A stretch of 64,000 nt of DNA from an uncultured Bdellovibrionales bacterium (GTDB lineage Bacteria; Patescibacteriota; Minisyncoccia; Moranbacterales; UBA1568), in contig CAZQWS010000004.1 of assembly GCA_964597355.1 (NCBI GenBank), positions 8,645 to 72,644 on the forward strand, given 5' to 3'. The translations under genes and the position numbers were made by a program. The notes under the pieces were generated by a model, which saw nothing but the letters and a program-made list of their open reading frames with translations, did not search any database and had not been told where the DNA came from. Below are positions 21,374-30,123 of this stretch, in pieces; the first letter of the stretch is position 1, and every line of letters starts with the position of its first letter.

Positions 21374-22858
21374 ATGATTCGTGATTGGCATGCCAAAATC
21401 CAAAGTGGTGGAAAAACCGCGGTGGCCTTTACTGAGGACTGCTTCAAAGCAATTGAGGAACGTGATCCTTCGCTTCATGCTTTCCTTACGCTTCGCAAAG
21501 AAGCGGCATTGAAGGAGGCGGCCAAAGTCGATGAACGTGTCAAAAGTGGCGAGCAGGTTGATCTCTTGGCGGGTATTCCTGGTGGGATTAAGGACAACAT
21601 CGTCCTCGCTCATGAGCGCGCCACCGCCGGATCGAAAATTCTCGATAACTATATTTCTCCGTATGACGCCGGAGTGGTTGAGAAACTGCGGAAAGTCGGA
21701 GCGGTCATAGTGGGAAAAACCAATCTTGATGAGTTTGCTCTTGGTTCATCGACCGAACATTCAGCTTATGGGCCTACCAAAAATCCAGTTGATGAAACTC
21801 GGGTGCCGGGAGGAACGTCTGGCGGCTCGGCCGCTGCAGTGGCAGCTGGGATGGTACCATGGGCGCTTGGTTCTGATACGGGTGGGTCCATTCGTCAACC
21901 GTCTGCTTTTACTGGGATTTATGGTTTGAAGCCAACCTATGGCCGAGTATCACGCTCGGGGCTTATTGCTGCTGCTTCAAGCTTGGATCAGATTGGACCG
22001 ATGGCCACTTCGGTTGAGGATTTGGCTATTGTTCTCTCGCGGATTGCGGGGGCTGACCCACTCGATGGTACAGCTCTGGACCGACCAGTGGACGCCTATG
22101 AAGACAAATTGACTACCGACATCAAGGGGAAGAAGATTGGTATTCCAGAAGAATATTTTTCCAAGGATTTGAACCCGATCGTACGAGAAGTGGCTGAGAA
22201 GACGATTGAAAAACTTCGTTTACTTGGTGCCGAGATCATACCTATAAGTCTTCCAAATAGTCGTTTTGCTCTTCCAGTTTATTATATTATCCAGCCTTCA
22301 GAACTTTCTTCAAACCTAGCTCGTTTTGATGGGATTCGCTACGGCCTCTCTGTGAATGATGGTGAGCTTTCTTCGGGCAATAAGACCGGACTCCTTGAGA
22401 CGTATCTTGATACTCGACGAGTGGGGTTTGGTCCTGAAGCGAAGCGTCGTGTTATGATAGGAACCTATACACTTTCAGCTGGGTACTACGATGCCTATTA
22501 CAAGAAGGCCTTTGCTGTGCGTGAACTCCTGCGGAATGAATTCCAAAAAGCCTTTGAAACGGTGGATGTGATTTTTTCTCCCACGACACCTGGACCCGCC
22601 TTCAAGCTCGGTGAAAAAACCGATGATCCGCTTGAGATGTACCTCTCTGATATCTATACGGTTACCGCCAATCTTGTGGGTGTCCCAGCTCTTTCCTTTC
22701 CGATGGGAACCATGACGGAATTTCCAGTAAATAAATTCCCAGATACAAAGGGAACTGGTCAAGGACAAGAGCTTCCTCTTGGTGGCCAGTTTATGGGTAA
22801 GTGGTTTGATGAACAGACGCTCCTTGACCTTGCCTTCGCTCTTGAACAGTCCAAGTAG
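21374..22858 (+). CDS. gatA: Asp/Glu-tRNA amidotransferase subunit A
   Basis: [51 protein letters not shown]. Confidence 0.96.
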   Translation: MIRDWHAKIQSGGKTAVAFTEDCFKAIEERDPSLHAFLTLRKEAALKEAAKVDERVKSGEQVDLLAGIPGGIKDNIVLAHERATAGSKILDNYISPYDAGVVEKLRKVGAVIVGKTNLDEFALGSSTEHSAYGPTKNPVDETRVPGGTSGGSAAAVAAGMVPWALGSDTGGSIRQPSAFTGIYGLKPTYGRVSRSGLIAAASSLDQIGPMATSVEDLAIVLSRIAGADPLDGTALDRPVDAYEDKLTTDIKGKKIGIPEEYFSKDLNPIVREVAEKTIEKLRLLGAEIIPISLPNSRFALPVYYIIQPSELSSNLARFDGIRYGLSVNDGELSSGNKTGLLETYLDTRRVGFGPEAKRRVMIGTYTLSAGYYDAYYKKAFAVRELLRNEFQKAFETVDVIFSPTTPGPAFKLGEKTDDPLEMYLSDIYTVTANLVGVPALSFPMGTMTEFPVNKFPDTKGTGQGQELPLGGQFMGKWFDEQTLLDLAFALEQSK

Positions 22859-22909
22859 CTGTGCACTTCTTCTGAATGAGTTACAATAGAAGAAGTAAAA
22901 TTTTTTGGT

Positions 22910-23443
22910 ATGTCGACTGACTTTGATCTTTTGAGCTTGTTTGGAATTTTGCCCGTGGTATGGGAAATGATTAGTCAATCACTTCTTTTTGCTGTGTTCA
23001 AGTGGTTTCTTATTATCTATACGGTCGTGCTTTTTGTTGATGTGGTGATCCTTCTCACACAGCGTGGCGTGACCGAAAACTTGAAACTGCAGTTTTATGG
23101 TACCGCACGACCCCTCCTTTCCAAAAACAAGGCGGCCGAACGCTTTCATGCCATCGAGCGTCGACTCGAGAGTGACAATCCTTCGCAGTACAAGGCTGCC
23201 ATTCTCGAAGCAGATCAATTTGCGGACGAAGTTCTCAAAGAAAGTGGGTATGACGGAGCCAATATGGCTGAGCGACTCGCCGGCATCAATTCCGGCCAGC
23301 TCATGAGTTATGATGTCCTGAAATCAGCCCATGAAGTCAGGAATCGTATTGTCAACGAGCCTAACTTTTCCCTTTCTCGGGACGAAGCCCAACATCTCTT
23401 CGAACAGTACAAACAACTGTTTACTGAACTCGAGCTTTTATAA
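22910..23443 (+). CDS. Conserved hypothetical membrane-anchored protein
   Basis: TM helix, then AILEAD..G.NMAERL..AHEVRNRIV (HEPN-like RNxIxH variant). Confidence 0.65.
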   Translation: MSTDFDLLSLFGILPVVWEMISQSLLFAVFKWFLIIYTVVLFVDVVILLTQRGVTENLKLQFYGTARPLLSKNKAAERFHAIERRLESDNPSQYKAAILEADQFADEVLKESGYDGANMAERLAGINSGQLMSYDVLKSAHEVRNRIVNEPNFSLSRDEAQHLFEQYKQLFTELELL

Positions 23444-23463
23444 CTTCTTTTTGGTATTCTTTA

Positions 23464-23492
23464 TTGACACATACCTGTGTTTACGGTAAAGT
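23464..23492 (+). promoter_or_regulatory. Sigma70-like promoter for secE-nusG-rplK-rplA
   Basis: TTGACA-17nt-TAAAGT. Confidence 0.55.
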
Positions 23493-23566
23493 GGACATAG
23501 AACTGCCCGTGGGGGCTGTTTTTTAGACCAGAAAAAGGCTTACTTAAGCCATAAACGGTCATATTT

Positions 23567-23752
23567 ATGAACAAGATTTTTCAGTTTTTTTTGGGTGCCA
23601 AAGCTGAGCTTGCCAAGGTGAGCTGGCCCAACCGCAAAGAACTCATTCGGTATACGATTTTGGTAGTGGTGATCAGTCTTTTGGTAGCCATGTTCCTAGG
23701 CCTTCTCGACATGCTCTTTAGTTACCTTGTTGAAAATTTTATCCTCCAATAA
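23567..23752 (+). CDS. secE: Preprotein translocase SecE
   Basis: ELAKVSWPNRKE, single TM, upstream of nusG. Confidence 0.93.
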   Translation: MNKIFQFFLGAKAELAKVSWPNRKELIRYTILVVVISLLVAMFLGLLDMLFSYLVENFILQ

Positions 23753-23775
23753 TTGGCCAATAAACCGCTTATTTT

Positions 23776-24321
23776 ATGGCAAAACAATCCCAACATCACG
23801 GTCGTTCCTGGTATGTCCTCCATACCTATTCTGGGTATGAGGATAACGTGGCGCGTAACCTCAAACAGCGCATTGACTCGATGGATATGCAGGATCTCAT
23901 TTTTGATGTCCTTGTGCCAAAGGAGAAGAAAATTAAGATCAAAGGTGGCAAGCGTGTCGTGATTGAGGAGCGTATTTATCCTGGCTATGTACTTGTCGAT
24001 ATGATTGTAACGGATGCCTCCTGGTATGTAGTACGTAATACCCCAAACGTAACGGGCTTTATTGGCCTCGGTACCACACCTACCCCGATTGACCCAGCTG
24101 AAATCGACATGCTCAAGAAACGCATGGGTGTCGCCGAACCGAAATTCAAGATCGATGTGCGTATTGGTGATAGCGTCCAGGTAGTGGATGGTCCTTTCAA
24201 GAACTTCGAGGGTAAGATTCAAGAAGTGGATGATGAGAAAGGAAAGGTCAAAGTATTGGTTTCTATCTTTGGTCGCGAGACTCCGGTTGAGCTCGATTTC
24301 CTCCAGATTAAGAAAGGCTAA
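23776..24321 (+). CDS. nusG: Transcription factor NusG
   Basis: WYVLHTYSGYE, PGYVLV, KOW GPFKNFEG, FGRETPVEL. Confidence 0.97.
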   Translation: MAKQSQHHGRSWYVLHTYSGYEDNVARNLKQRIDSMDMQDLIFDVLVPKEKKIKIKGGKRVVIEERIYPGYVLVDMIVTDASWYVVRNTPNVTGFIGLGTTPTPIDPAEIDMLKKRMGVAEPKFKIDVRIGDSVQVVDGPFKNFEGKIQEVDDEKGKVKVLVSIFGRETPVELDFLQIKKG

Positions 24322-24394
24322 ATTGATATTTCTCGGGTGGATGAGCGCTTCTCTCAAACACTTGTGAAAATGATGTAATAGATTTTATACGATT

Positions 24395-24820
24395 ATGGCA
24401 AAAGCAATTAAGGCAATCGTCAAACTCCAGATCCCTGCAGGGAAAGCCACTCCGGCCCCTCCAGTCGGTACCGCCCTTGGACCTCATGGGCTCAATATTC
24501 AGGATTTCTGCTCCAAGTATAATGAAGCCACTCGTCCAATGATGGGGGATATTATCCCAGTGGAAATCACCATCTTTGAGGACCGTAGTTTCAGTTTCAT
24601 CATGAAGACGCCTCCAGCTCCTGATCTCCTTAAGAAAGCAGCCAAGATCGAAAAGGGTGCTGCTAATCCTTTGAAAGATAAAGCAGGAACGGTGACGGAA
24701 GCTCAGGTGCGTGAAATCGCCGAGAAGAAACTCCCAGACCTCAACGCCAACGATGTAGAAGCCGCTGTACAGATCATCAAAGGCACCGCTCGCTCGATGG
24801 GGATCAAGGTAGTAGGATAA
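24395..24820 (+). CDS. rplK: 50S ribosomal protein L11
   Basis: [27 protein letters not shown]. Confidence 0.97.
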   Translation: MAKAIKAIVKLQIPAGKATPAPPVGTALGPHGLNIQDFCSKYNEATRPMMGDIIPVEITIFEDRSFSFIMKTPPAPDLLKKAAKIEKGAANPLKDKAGTVTEAQVREIAEKKLPDLNANDVEAAVQIIKGTARSMGIKVVG

Positions 24821-24833
24821 TTCAATTTAATTT

Positions 24834-24874
24834 GTGGGAGTCCGTCCGTACAACGGCCGAGGCGCTAACACCAC
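24834..24874 (+). promoter_or_regulatory. Putative L1-binding autoregulatory RNA between rplK and rplA
   Basis: GTGGGAG...(stem)...ACCAC closing arrangement typical of L1 operator sites. Confidence 0.55.
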
Positions 24875-24882
24875 GAAATATT

Positions 24883-25572
24883 ATGCCACATGGGAAAAAG
24901 TATCAGGCAGCAGTAGAGAAAGTAGAAGAAGGCAAGATCTATTCAATCGCTGAGGCAGTGCAATTTTTGCAGGCCAATAAGCGAGCGAAGTTTGACGAAT
25001 CAGTTGAGATGCACATGCATCTTGGGATTAACTTGAAGAAGTCTGACGAGAGTGTCCGTGGGACAGTAGTCTTGCCTCATGGCACTGGCCGAACCCAGCA
25101 AGTATTGGTAGTGACTTCTGCCAAAGAGAAGGAAGCTAAGGATGCTGGGGCCGCTATCGTTGGTGGCGAAGAAGTCATTGCCGATATAAAGGCTGGCAAG
25201 CTCAATCCTGGATCGGATTTTGATCTCGTTTTGGCTACGCCAGAGATGATGCCTAAGCTCGCTCAGGTAGCCAAGATTCTTGGACCAAAAGGCATGATGC
25301 CAAGTCCGAAGAATGAAACCGTGACTCAGAAAATTGGTGAGACAGTTGAAATGCTTCAGAAGGGGAAGAAAGCGAGTTACAAGAATGATGACACTGGCAA
25401 TATTCACCAGGTGGTCGGGAAGCTTTCCTTTGACGGGAAAGCACTGGAGGAAAATATTGCTACCTTCCTTGACGCCGTTACCAAGGGGAAACCTGAGGGG
25501 ATGAAGGGAAAATTTATTGTCTCGATGACTCTGACTTCGACCATGGGTCCCGGCCTTCCGATTTCGAAATAA
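24883..25572 (+). CDS. rplA: 50S ribosomal protein L1
   Basis: MPHGKKY.., KFDESVE, VRGTVVLPHGTG, LGPKGMMP, STMGPG; start moved to ATG24883. Confidence 0.96.
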   Translation: MPHGKKYQAAVEKVEEGKIYSIAEAVQFLQANKRAKFDESVEMHMHLGINLKKSDESVRGTVVLPHGTGRTQQVLVVTSAKEKEAKDAGAAIVGGEEVIADIKAGKLNPGSDFDLVLATPEMMPKLAQVAKILGPKGMMPSPKNETVTQKIGETVEMLQKGKKASYKNDDTGNIHQVVGKLSFDGKALEENIATFLDAVTKGKPEGMKGKFIVSMTLTSTMGPGLPISK

Positions 25573-25578
25573 ACCCAG

Positions 25579-25608
25579 AGAAGCCTCGCCAAGAGCGGGG
25601 CTTTTTTG
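25579..25608 (+). terminator. Intrinsic terminator after rplA
   Basis: AAGCCTCGC-CAAGA-GCGGGGCTT followed by a T run. Confidence 0.7.
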
Positions 25609-25688
25609 TATACTTCTCCGAGAGGAGTTGCTCTTAAAATTCGTGTTCCTTATTAACTTCCAACTCCTAACTGCTATCTTCTAAACCT

Positions 25689-26297
25689 ATGATTCTCTCA
25701 GACCATGATATCAAAAAGGAACTTAGGGCTAAGGAAATTACCATTAAGCCTTTTCGTGAGGAATGTGTACAGCCAGCGAGCTATGATGTGCACCTCGATC
25801 GACATTTCCTTGTCTTTAACACCAATCAGAACTTCGTGATTGATCCGCGTGATATTTCAAAGGATCTTATGAAAAAGGTTGTTATTACTGAAGAGGAGCC
25901 ATTTATTTTGCATCCAGGTGAATTTGCCTTGGGAGTGCTTTTGGAAGAGACAGGTGTATCTGACAAGCTTGTAGGCCGTCTCGAAGGTAAAAGCTCTCTT
26001 GGACGTCTCGGTCTGATTATTCACACCACGGCTGGTTTCCTGGACGCGGGTAATTCGCTCAAGATGACGCTTGAACTGTTTAATGCTGGCAAGATCCCAC
26101 TCAAACTGTATTACAAGATGCCTATTGGTCAGATGGCTTTCGAATACCTTTCCTCTCCTTGTGAGCGACCTTACGGTTCCAAAGGTCTCAACTCCAAATA
26201 TAAGGGTGATAGTAAACCTGTTGCCTCCAAGATGCATCTCAATTTCACCAAATCGACCAAAAAAACGGTCGTGAAGAAGAAAAAAGCCTCCCGCTAG
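25689..26297 (+). CDS. dcd: dCTP deaminase
   Basis: MILSD, VQPASYD, FILHPGEF, EGKSSLGRLGL..HTTAGFLD, TLEL, SKY. Confidence 0.93.
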   Translation: MILSDHDIKKELRAKEITIKPFREECVQPASYDVHLDRHFLVFNTNQNFVIDPRDISKDLMKKVVITEEEPFILHPGEFALGVLLEETGVSDKLVGRLEGKSSLGRLGLIIHTTAGFLDAGNSLKMTLELFNAGKIPLKLYYKMPIGQMAFEYLSSPCERPYGSKGLNSKYKGDSKPVASKMHLNFTKSTKKTVVKKKKASR

Positions 26298-26468
26298 TGC
26301 CGTTACAATTTCGGAGAGCTTCTATCCCTCACCAGAATAGTTTGAGAGGTGATACTTTGTTGTTTAATTGACCTCGTCGGGCAAAATTGTAACGGTACAA
26401 GGGAGGTTTTCTCTATTTGTGAGAGAGGAAAATTTACGGTAAAATAAGACGTCAGTAACTTTTTTAGT

Positions 26469-27404
26469 ATGCGCCAATACCTGGATCTCTTGCAGCACAT
26501 CATGGATAAGGGAGTCGATAAGATGGACCGGACTGGCGTTGGCGTGCGGAGTGTTTTTGGGTATCAGATGCGTTTTGACCTCTCAGAAGGATTTCCACTC
26601 TTAACGACGAAGAAAGTGCCTTTCCGTTTGATTGCCGAAGAGCTGCTTTGGTTCGTGAAGGGTGACACACAGTTACGAACGCTCGCTTTGAAGGATGTAC
26701 ATATTTGGGATGAATGGCCCTATAAAGCCTATTTGCTTCGCAATGGGAAAACGGTTCCAGCGACTGGGTCGGAAGAATGGAACACAGGGATCAAAGAATT
26801 TGTGGAGCGTATCAAAACGGATGCAGCGTTTGCCAAAGAATATGGAGACTTGGGGCCAGTCTATGGCTATCAGTGGCGCCACTGGCCAACAGCTGATGGA
26901 GGAGAGATTGATCAACTCCGTGATGTGGTAGAGCAAATCAAGAAGAATCCGAATTCTCGCCGACTGATTGTCTCAGCTTGGAACCCGGCTGATATTGAAG
27001 AAATGGCCAAAGCAGGACTGCCGCCTTGCCACTGCCTCTATCAGTTTTATGTAACCCCTTCGACAGGCTCAGGACGAGCGAAGTTGTCCTGCCAGCTCTA
27101 CCAGCGCAGTTGTGATACCTTTCTCGGAGTCCCATTCAATATTGCCTCCTATGCCCTGCTTACCATGATGATCGCTCAAGTGTGCGATCTCGAACCGGGT
27201 GAATTTGTGTGGACGGGTGGTGACACACATCTGTATAGCAATCACTTTGAACAGGTGAAAGAGCAGCTCTCACGTGAACCGCGCAAGTTGCCAACGCTCC
27301 GGATCAATCCAGAAGTGAAGGACTTGTTTGCTTTTGTCATGGAGGATTTCACTTTGGAGGGCTACGATCCACATCCCCCCATCAAAGCACCAATAGCTGT
27401 TTAA
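26469..27404 (+). CDS. thyA: Thymidylate synthase ThyA
   Basis: [51 protein letters not shown]. Confidence 0.97.
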   Translation: MRQYLDLLQHIMDKGVDKMDRTGVGVRSVFGYQMRFDLSEGFPLLTTKKVPFRLIAEELLWFVKGDTQLRTLALKDVHIWDEWPYKAYLLRNGKTVPATGSEEWNTGIKEFVERIKTDAAFAKEYGDLGPVYGYQWRHWPTADGGEIDQLRDVVEQIKKNPNSRRLIVSAWNPADIEEMAKAGLPPCHCLYQFYVTPSTGSGRAKLSCQLYQRSCDTFLGVPFNIASYALLTMMIAQVCDLEPGEFVWTGGDTHLYSNHFEQVKEQLSREPRKLPTLRINPEVKDLFAFVMEDFTLEGYDPHPPIKAPIAV

Positions 27405-27441
27405 TTTCTCTCTTGTCACTTGTTTCATGTCACTTGTCGCT

Positions 27442-27930
27442 ATGCCCACTCCACGCCTTTCCATGATTGTAGCAGTCGATGAAACTCGAGCGATCGGGAA
27501 AGATAATCGACTCCTCTGGTATATCCCCGAAGATCTGAAACGCTTCAAAGAGCTTACTTCAGGACATGCCGTGATCATGGGAGAGAATACCTATCACTCT
27601 ATCGGCCGACCACTTCCTAACCGGACCAATGTCGTAGTAACGCTCAATCAGGATTTGGAACTTCCAGGCTGTCTCGTGACCCACTCACTCGATGAGGCAC
27701 TTGAAGTAGCTCGAGGAGAGGAACAGGAAGAAATTTTTGTTATGGGTGGAGCGAGTATTTACAAACAATTCCTTCCGATGATTGATCGATTGTATCTTAC
27801 CTTGGTTTCGGGCACGCATGAGGCTGATACGTACTTTCCGGATTACTCTGATTTCACGAACATCATCAGTAAAGAAGAAAAGAAAGATGATCAATATGAA
27901 TTCACTTTTTTTGTTTTAGAAAGAGAATAA
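27442..27930 (+). CDS. folA: Dihydrofolate reductase (ORF track start 27427; ATG27442 preferred)
   Basis: IVAV..AIG..N.LLW..PEDLKRFK, VIMG..TY.SIGRPLPNR.N, MGGASIY, ADTYFP. Confidence 0.95.
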   Translation: MPTPRLSMIVAVDETRAIGKDNRLLWYIPEDLKRFKELTSGHAVIMGENTYHSIGRPLPNRTNVVVTLNQDLELPGCLVTHSLDEALEVARGEEQEEIFVMGGASIYKQFLPMIDRLYLTLVSGTHEADTYFPDYSDFTNIISKEEKKDDQYEFTFFVLERE

Positions 27931-28028
27931 CGGGTATTAACCCGATTTTACCATCACTCCGTTCGGAGCAAAGTATCGAATGCACACTTTACTTACTCAC
28001 TACGTTTGGTAATAACACTATCAAAAAT

Positions 28029-28613
28029 ATGGAAAAAATTATCGTAGGTATTGCGGGTCAAATTGCTTCGGGCAAAGATACAGTGTCCAAGTACATAGCG
28101 GATGAGTACGGCGCTACGCGTTACGGAAGTTCCAGTATTTTCCGCTCGACGCTTCGGAACTTATTTCTTCCTGAAACACGGGAAAACCTCCAGAAGATAT
28201 CTTTTGCTTTGCGCCAGGCTTTTGGGGATGACCTCGTAGCCAGGGTCTTGCATGAGGACATACAGCGAACGGAAGGGGATTTTATCGTGGTTGATGGAAT
28301 GCGCCGTCTTTCCGATATCCTTCTCCTCAAAAAAGAACCCAACTTCTATCTGCTCTATGTCGATGCACCGCTCGAGCTTCGCTATGAACGTATTGTGAAA
28401 CGTTCCCAAAATGCTGATGATCAGACCAAAACTTTGGAAGAATTCCGACAAGATCATGAACGGGAAGCAGAAGTGTCGATCAAGGCGCTCCAATCTCAAG
28501 CGAACGGAGTGGTGGAAAATGATAGTGATTTGGAAAAATTGTTTGCCCAAGTAGATGCGTTTATTAAAAAGATTGATCCGACGGGAAGCGTATGCCGAAA
28601 AAAGGAAAACTAA
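28029..28613 (+). CDS. P-loop nucleotide kinase (dephospho-CoA-kinase/dNMP-kinase-like)
   Basis: GIAGQIASGKDT, VVDGMRR, YVDAPLELRYER. Confidence 0.75.
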   Translation: MEKIIVGIAGQIASGKDTVSKYIADEYGATRYGSSSIFRSTLRNLFLPETRENLQKISFALRQAFGDDLVARVLHEDIQRTEGDFIVVDGMRRLSDILLLKKEPNFYLLYVDAPLELRYERIVKRSQNADDQTKTLEEFRQDHEREAEVSIKALQSQANGVVENDSDLEKLFAQVDAFIKKIDPTGSVCRKKEN

Positions 28614-29284
28614 TTGTCCTGGATGGAAGTGACGGATCAGGCAAGGCGACGCAGACGAGACTCCTCTTGGCTCGACTGAAAAAAGAAGGGTACAAGATAG
28701 ACACGCTCGATTTTCCCCAATATGAAGCCAATTTTTTTGGCGGACTGATCGGACAGTGTCTCGCGGGGAATCATGGTGATTTTGTAGCGATTGATCCGCA
28801 TATCGGCTCAGTTCTCTATGCAGCTGATCGTTTTGAGTCCAAGCCACAGATTGAAAAGTGGCTCAAAGCAGGACATATTGTAGTGCTCGATCGGTATGTT
28901 AGTTCCAATCAGATTCATCAGGGCGGAAAAATTTATGATGCCAAAAAACAAAAACAATTTTTGGAATGGCTTGATCGAATGGAACATGAAGTTTTTGCTA
29001 TCCCTCGTCCAGACTTAATTGTGTACCTCGACGTTCCCTCAGAAGTTTCTCAGAAACTGCTTCAATCGGAGGAAATGAAACGGAAGAAGGTGTATCTCAA
29101 GAAGGGACAAAAAGATATGGTAGAAGAGAATATGAAATATCTTTCCGAAAGTCGGAGCAATGCTTTGAAGCTCGTGAAGAAATTGAATCATTGGACCAAG
29201 ATTGATTGTACGAAGAAGGGGGAATTGCTTTCACGAGAAGCGATTGCGGAAAAAGTTTGGAAAGAAGTAGAAAAAGTCCTATGA
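28592..29284 (+). CDS. tmk: Thymidylate kinase
   Basis: DGSDGSGKATQ, FPQY, LYAADR, LDRYVSSN, PDLIVYLD. Confidence 0.9.
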   Translation: MPKKGKLIVLDGSDGSGKATQTRLLLARLKKEGYKIDTLDFPQYEANFFGGLIGQCLAGNHGDFVAIDPHIGSVLYAADRFESKPQIEKWLKAGHIVVLDRYVSSNQIHQGGKIYDAKKQKQFLEWLDRMEHEVFAIPRPDLIVYLDVPSEVSQKLLQSEEMKRKKVYLKKGQKDMVEENMKYLSESRSNALKLVKKLNHWTKIDCTKKGELLSREAIAEKVWKEVEKVL

Positions 29285-29706
29285 ATATTCAAGTAAAAAA
29301 ACTTCATCCAGATGCCAAGATTCCGAACTTTGCCCATCCCGGAGATGCGGGCATGGATCTTTATTCAGTAGCTGACATGACTTTGAAGCCAGGGGAGCGA
29401 GCATCGATACCGACGGGGATAGCGATAGCTTTGCCCGAGGGATATGTTTCTCTTGTTTGGGACAAGAGTGGTGTATCGCACAAGAATGGGATTAAAACCC
29501 TAGGGGGCGTGCTTGACAGTGGTTACCGTGGCGAGTATTTAATCGGTTTGGTAAATTTAAGCCAGGAAGATTTTGAAATTAAAGTGGGTCAAAAGATTGC
29601 CCAGCTGCTTATTCAAAAAGTCGAACATCCAGAGGTAGAGGAGGTAGCTGAGCTTGATGAAACAGCCCGAGGGGATGGACGATTTGGCTCAACTGGAGTA
29701 CACTAA
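29281..29706 (+). CDS. dut: Trimeric dUTPase
   Basis: GDAGMDL, DKSG, GGVLDSGYRGE, KIAQL, RGDGRFGSTG; ATG29281 overlaps the tmk stop. Confidence 0.95.
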   Translation: MNIQVKKLHPDAKIPNFAHPGDAGMDLYSVADMTLKPGERASIPTGIAIALPEGYVSLVWDKSGVSHKNGIKTLGGVLDSGYRGEYLIGLVNLSQEDFEIKVGQKIAQLLIQKVEHPEVEEVAELDETARGDGRFGSTGVH

Positions 29707-29714
29707 TTCTCTCT

Positions 29715-30119
29715 ATGAAGATCTACTTTGCTGGTTCTATCCGAGGAGGACGAGATGATGCTGGTCTTTATAGTGAAATGATTGCGCTCTTGCAAAAGTA
29801 TGGCGAGGTCCTTACGGAGCATATCGGTGACAAACAATTATCAATCCATGGCGAGGGGCATGCTGCGGAGTATATTTTTCAAAGAGATGTCGACTGGGTG
29901 CGGGAGGCAGATGTGATCGTAGCGGAAGTCACGACACCGTCGCTTGGAGTAGGATACGAGATTGGATTGGCAGAGCAGCTCGGGAAAAAGATTGTCTGCC
30001 TCTATCGGCCCCAGCTGGACCGCAAACTCTCGGCCATGATACTCGGCAACAGCAAACTGACTATTGTAGAATATAAAGAAGTAAGTGAACTAGAAAAGAA
30101 ACTGAACGAATTACTGTAG
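29715..30119 (+). CDS. DNPH1/Rcl-like 2'-deoxynucleoside 5'-monophosphate N-glycosidase (nucleoside 2-deoxyribosyltransferase fold)
   Basis: IYFAGSIRGGRDD, VLTEH, RD..W..ADVIVAEVTTPSLGVGYEIG, LSAMI.G match Rcl/DNPH1 motifs. Confidence 0.88.
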   Translation: MKIYFAGSIRGGRDDAGLYSEMIALLQKYGEVLTEHIGDKQLSIHGEGHAAEYIFQRDVDWVREADVIVAEVTTPSLGVGYEIGLAEQLGKKIVCLYRPQLDRKLSAMILGNSKLTIVEYKEVSELEKKLNELL

Positions 30120-30123
30120 TTCT

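Noticed and set aside
26715-26850. Extra ~45-aa segment in ThyA (WPYKAYL...FAKEYGDLG)
   Set aside because: It corresponds to the known small-domain insert of Lactobacillus-type ThyA and is not novel.
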